IMG/VR virus record: IMGVR_UViG_3300013014_001174
Span: 1 to 64,000 of that record
DNA from: a virus
DNA: 64,000 bases
Reading direction: 5' to 3' (one strand)
The notes below the pieces were generated by a model. It worked only from the letters and a program-made list of their open reading frames with translations. It made no database searches and was not told where the DNA came from. How positions within the stretch are numbered: the stretch's first letter is position 1; every line of letters begins with the position of its first letter. A program made the position numbers and the translations under genes. Positions 60,280 through 64,000 of this stretch are shown here, piece after piece.

Positions 60280-60377
60280 TTTTTGTTTTGTTATAAATAT
60301 ACTGTTATTACTAAAAGTTTTAATTTCTGTTACAAAGATAGGTTATTTTTTTTAATTGACAAGTTTTTTTATTTTAT

Positions 60378-60644
60378 TTATCTTCTTCTTCTTGCTTCTT
60401 GGAATATTTTTTCAAACACATCCCCCATACCGGCACCATTTGCACTCACTCTTTTCCCTAAAATTGACTCAATATCCGAAAACTCCTCACTTGTCATTAT
60501 ATCACTAGTTTTAGATAAAAAATTTCTAAAAAACCTATCTGGAATATCGTCCATAGTTTTTTTCTTACCTTCTTTGTCTTCATTAATAACTTGTCTAACA
60601 ATTCTTGTTAAATCTGATTCTGTTAGTTTAACTACTTTTTTCAT
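60378..60644 (-). CDS. Hypothetical protein with LTESDL motif
   Basis: MKKVVKLTESDLTRIVRQVINE. Confidence 0.7.
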   Translation of the reverse strand: MKKVVKLTESDLTRIVRQVINEDKEGKKKTMDDIPDRFFRNFLSKTSDIMTSEEFSDIESILGKRVSANGAGMGDVFEKIFQEARRRR

Positions 60645-60672
60645 AATCTTTTATTTATAAATATATTATTAT

Positions 60673-61113
60673 TTAGTATTCCCAAGATTTTTTTTTCGGC
60701 CCTTCAGAACTACATATTATTGGTTCGTCAATAATATTCCAACGTCTATGTTCTATTTCTTCCATTAATTCTTCATCAAATTCTTCGTGGTCTAACATTC
60801 CATCCAAAATTTCATAGGTCCTTTCAATATTTCCACAAATAAAATCACTAACATATTCTGGTGTTGGTCCACTTACCGGTAATTCAGCTGTTATCATATA
60901 TTCACCGTCATTATAGTTATCACAAATTAATACAGCACCGAATTTTGAATATTCTCTATTTGTTACTTTATTTTCAGCAACTTTAATTTTACAAGCAACT
61001 CCTGTTCTTGGGTGTGTATATTTAAGGTCTTCTTCGGAATACTTTTCTTCTTTAATAATTCTTTTAATAAGTCTTATTAAATCAGATTCCGTTAGTATTA
61101 CTTTTTTCTTCAT
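60673..61113 (-). CDS. Hypothetical protein with LTESDL motif
   Basis: MKKKVILTESDLIRLIKRIIKEE. Confidence 0.7.
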   Translation of the reverse strand: MKKKVILTESDLIRLIKRIIKEEKYSEEDLKYTHPRTGVACKIKVAENKVTNREYSKFGAVLICDNYNDGEYMITAELPVSGPTPEYVSDFICGNIERTYEILDGMLDHEEFDEELMEEIEHRRWNIIDEPIICSSEGPKKKSWEY

Positions 61114-61208
61114 AGATATAAATATCTTGAAGGTATGAAAAATAATCTTCAGAGTTTATAAATTCATTGTGTATTTGTTCAAATATATCTTCCATACTAT
61201 TTTTTTAG

Positions 61209-61283
61209 TGATCCCGGAAGGATTTGAACCTTCAACCCTCGCCTTAGAAGGGCGATGCTCTAATCCAATTGAGCTACGGGACC
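61209..61283 (-). tRNA. tRNA-Arg(TCT)
   Basis: TCGCC-CTTCTAA-GGCGA, canonical D arm. Confidence 0.92.
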
Positions 61284-61506
61284 AAGTTTTAAATCTCTTT
61301 AACTTCGTATGTGTGTCCAGAATCTGAATTTAATTCAAATATCTCTCTCATTTTTTTAGCTTCCTCAAGTGAATTAAATTCTAAAATTTCAGATTCACTA
61401 TTTAATATGATAACAGGAACTCTTTTTTTGTTATCATTCATTTTAATGTGTTTAATTATTACGTACATATTTTTTTATTAAATTATACCAATAAAAAAAT
61501 GATAAA

Positions 61507-63327
61507 TCAAATTCTTAAAGAGTCTTTTCCAATATTAAAACCACCACCTTTTGGATTTTGTGTTTTTTTATTAACCAAAACACCTTTTGCTTTATTTGCT
61601 AATGAATTTTTATCAATTGGTCTTTCTATTTCATTTTCTTGTTTTACTTGACTAATTGGTGGCCTTTCTTTTATTTGTGATTGTGGTCTATGTTTAATTT
61701 CTTCTCTTGTATAATTCCTAATAGGTTGTGGTTGTGAGTCTTTAGTTTGTAACAGACTTAAAGGAGATATGTTTTTTTCAACTCTTGGTATATTTGGACT
61801 TTTAATTTCTTTTTTTGGTGTTGTTAGTGTTTGTGTATGAAGTATAACATAAGGTTCAATAACCATATTCTGTATTGGTCCAACAGAATTTCTTTGTCTT
61901 GCTAAAGTCCCATAATGTGCTCTTAATTTTGATCCCATCCCTGTGTCTGGTCTACTTGTTAAACCATTTTTGTGTATTCTTCTATAAAAATTAATTTTAT
62001 TTGTAAATTTAAATTTATATTGTTTTGTACCGTATAGTCTACCCATAAAATCTGAATCTGCAGCACACATCCAAGGTTCAAACCCATTCATATATTCAAA
62101 TATATCTTTTTTAATTGCAAATACACCTTCACCAATGTGTTTTTTTGTTTGAGAATTAAATGGTTTTCCATCGATAAAATTTGTATAATATGGTTTTACA
62201 CAGTCGTGAGTCATAAGACCATTAATCGAATCCTCAACCATATTTAAATTCATAATATCATCTGAACCAAAAAATAAAATGTTTTTAGAAAGTGCCAGTT
62301 TAGATAAAGTATTAAACACAATATAAGGACCGTTGTTCTTTTTAAAAAAGAAAAATTCAAAATAACCTGGATAACTATGTGATTCTATATGTTCCTTTGA
62401 TTCAATACAAGAATCAATACCAACTAAAACTTGTACCTTTTTTCCACCAATGGAATTAATAATAGAATCAAAACACTCTTCCAAATATTGTGTGTTTAGA
62501 TATGTTGATATTATTATTGTAAGTTCATATATGGATGTTGAATCTATTGAATTTTTTATATTATTATTCCAACCTAAATCATTAACATTTAAATTTGTTT
62601 TTGAGAAAATATTTGGTTTTGTATCAAAATATGATTCTCTGGCATGACTTATATTATTATGACCGTGTGTGTCAACACTATCATTATAGAGTTCATCATC
62701 AAAGTATCTTCTGAAATTTCTGGAAGATTGTTTACAAGAAATTATTGAGTAATTATATATGTACCCATCAATACCTTTTTTCAAAGGTGAAAACGACAAT
62801 GTTTTTATGTATTCCGTTTTTAATGACATATTAAGATTTGTAAAACCTTTATAGTCATATAAAATAACCCTATCACTTATAAATGAATAAAAATAACCTT
62901 TTGTTTGGTCATACCAATCATAGTCTTCATTTACAATTTTTTCATAACTTATTTTAAGTCTTGTTTTTGGTGAATAACAATCGGCAGCTTGAAGTAAAAA
63001 ACATTTTGATGAGTCACTTACGTTTTTTCCAATTTCAATCCATTTTTCAACTAAAGAAACTTTTTCATTATTTGTTATATATACAATTCTTGAGCAATTA
63101 ACCAATTTTAGTTTTTCGATATACAAATCAAATAGTTCTGGAAATACAGATTGTTCGTGTTTTTCTTCATAAACAATTAATTCCCAATTAAAATCAATAT
63201 TGATTTGTTCACATAAACTTTCTATAGATATCCAAGCAATTTTTTTACTATTGTAAACTGGAAGTGCTACAGTTAATTCCGACACTGTGTCGTTCTCAAA
63301 GATGGTTTGTACTATTGTTTGATTCAT
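61507..63327 (-). CDS. Tandem two-domain GT2-like glycosyltransferase with basic low-complexity tail
   Basis: LTVALPVYN...QAADC and LTIIISTY...FGSDD...AADSDF domains. Confidence 0.75.
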   Translation of the reverse strand: MNQTIVQTIFENDTVSELTVALPVYNSKKIAWISIESLCEQINIDFNWELIVYEEKHEQSVFPELFDLYIEKLKLVNCSRIVYITNNEKVSLVEKWIEIGKNVSDSSKCFLLQAADCYSPKTRLKISYEKIVNEDYDWYDQTKGYFYSFISDRVILYDYKGFTNLNMSLKTEYIKTLSFSPLKKGIDGYIYNYSIISCKQSSRNFRRYFDDELYNDSVDTHGHNNISHARESYFDTKPNIFSKTNLNVNDLGWNNNIKNSIDSTSIYELTIIISTYLNTQYLEECFDSIINSIGGKKVQVLVGIDSCIESKEHIESHSYPGYFEFFFFKKNNGPYIVFNTLSKLALSKNILFFGSDDIMNLNMVEDSINGLMTHDCVKPYYTNFIDGKPFNSQTKKHIGEGVFAIKKDIFEYMNGFEPWMCAADSDFMGRLYGTKQYKFKFTNKINFYRRIHKNGLTSRPDTGMGSKLRAHYGTLARQRNSVGPIQNMVIEPYVILHTQTLTTPKKEIKSPNIPRVEKNISPLSLLQTKDSQPQPIRNYTREEIKHRPQSQIKERPPISQVKQENEIERPIDKNSLANKAKGVLVNKKTQNPKGGGFNIGKDSLRI

Positions 63328-63472
63328 AGAAATAAATATAAAATAAAAAAACAATAAATGAATAGGGTGAAAAACAAAATAGGAACCGAAGTTCCTATCT
63401 TGCTAGATACTTAAACACCTCCTTCTTTTAGATGGTTTATTCTTATTCGGTAACTACACCAAACAAGTATCT

Positions 63473-64000
63473 TTAGTATCCATTTCTTTTTATGTTTGTT
63501 AAAATTTTAGTTAAAGTAGATTCTGTAAGTTTTAAATTTTTCTTTTTTGTTATTGCTTCGCTTAAATTTTTCTTAACTGTTTTTCTTACTGATTCGTAAA
63601 CTGCAAAACCTTCTCTATAAAAGTCTTTATCTATAAAATTGTTATTTGTAATTTCAACACCATTAACTTCTTCGCCTCTTAATAGTTTAATTATATCATT
63701 CATATCTAATTTTTTCTTAAACATACCAAAAGGTAATCGATCTTGATCTACATTTAGGAAATCGTCTTCTGTTAAAGGTCCTAATTGTTTTAATTCTCTA
63801 CGAACATCGCCTTTGGCTAAACATCTTTCAAATTCATCTAATTTTTCTCTATTACCTTTAGTTGATCTTGATGCTGCAAATGCAGTATTTAAATACATAA
63901 TTAATTCATCTCTTAATGTTTCTGCATTACATTCAATAGACATAGTACTAGCAGCACTACGACCCATTTGAGTTTGATAAATAGGTAAAGTTGATTTTGT
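63473..64000 (-). CDS. Partial CDS (start lies beyond the window)
   Basis: Frame is open to the window edge; C-terminal KLTESTLTKIL motif. Confidence 0.6.
   Translation of the reverse strand, partial: TKSTLPIYQTQMGRSAASTMSIECNAETLRDELIMYLNTAFAASRSTKGNREKLDEFERCLAKGDVRRELKQLGPLTEDDFLNVDQDRLPFGMFKKKLDMNDIIKLLRGEEVNGVEITNNNFIDKDFYREGFAVYESVRKTVKKNLSEAITKKKNLKLTESTLTKILTNIKRNGY

Noticed and set aside
1-64000. Stop-codon reassignment
   Set aside because: Core genes are full length in the standard code, coding density is high, and TAA, TAG and TGA all end genes.
1-64000. CRISPR array or rRNA gene
   Set aside because: No regularly spaced repeats or rRNA signature sequences seen.

Overview
AT-rich segment of a large T4-like (jumbo) phage genome using the standard genetic code. 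The host is most likely Bacteroidota, based on TAnnTTTG promoters, no Shine-Dalgarno sites, a T9SS-type protein and a bS21 gene. Layout: (1) 1-13.4 kb, glycan cluster with an apparent GDP-colitose pathway (Gmd, ColD-like, ColC/Fcl-like), three fucosyltransferase-family enzymes, methyl/acetyltransferases and PhoH. (2) 13.4-29 kb, late sigma-like factor, baseplate-like and Cys-rich proteins. (3) 29.4-44 kb, head module (major capsid, scaffold, prohead protease, portal, large terminase) with bS21 embedded. (4) 44-61.3 kb, translation and stable-RNA island: ClpC-like ATPase, tmRNA, an ~850-nt structured ncRNA (GOLLD-like), about 16 tRNA or tRNA-like genes (several atypical) and smaller candidate RNAs. 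Best candidate for an undescribed system: two unannotated leader-peptide/terminator/antiterminator cassettes (60107-60279 and 57914-58043) ahead of the two tRNA clusters. Their codon content largely mirrors the downstream tRNAs, and boxA-like elements follow. This suggests attenuators that switch on phage tRNAs when host tRNAs become limiting. All calls come from reading the sequence by eye; no searches were run.
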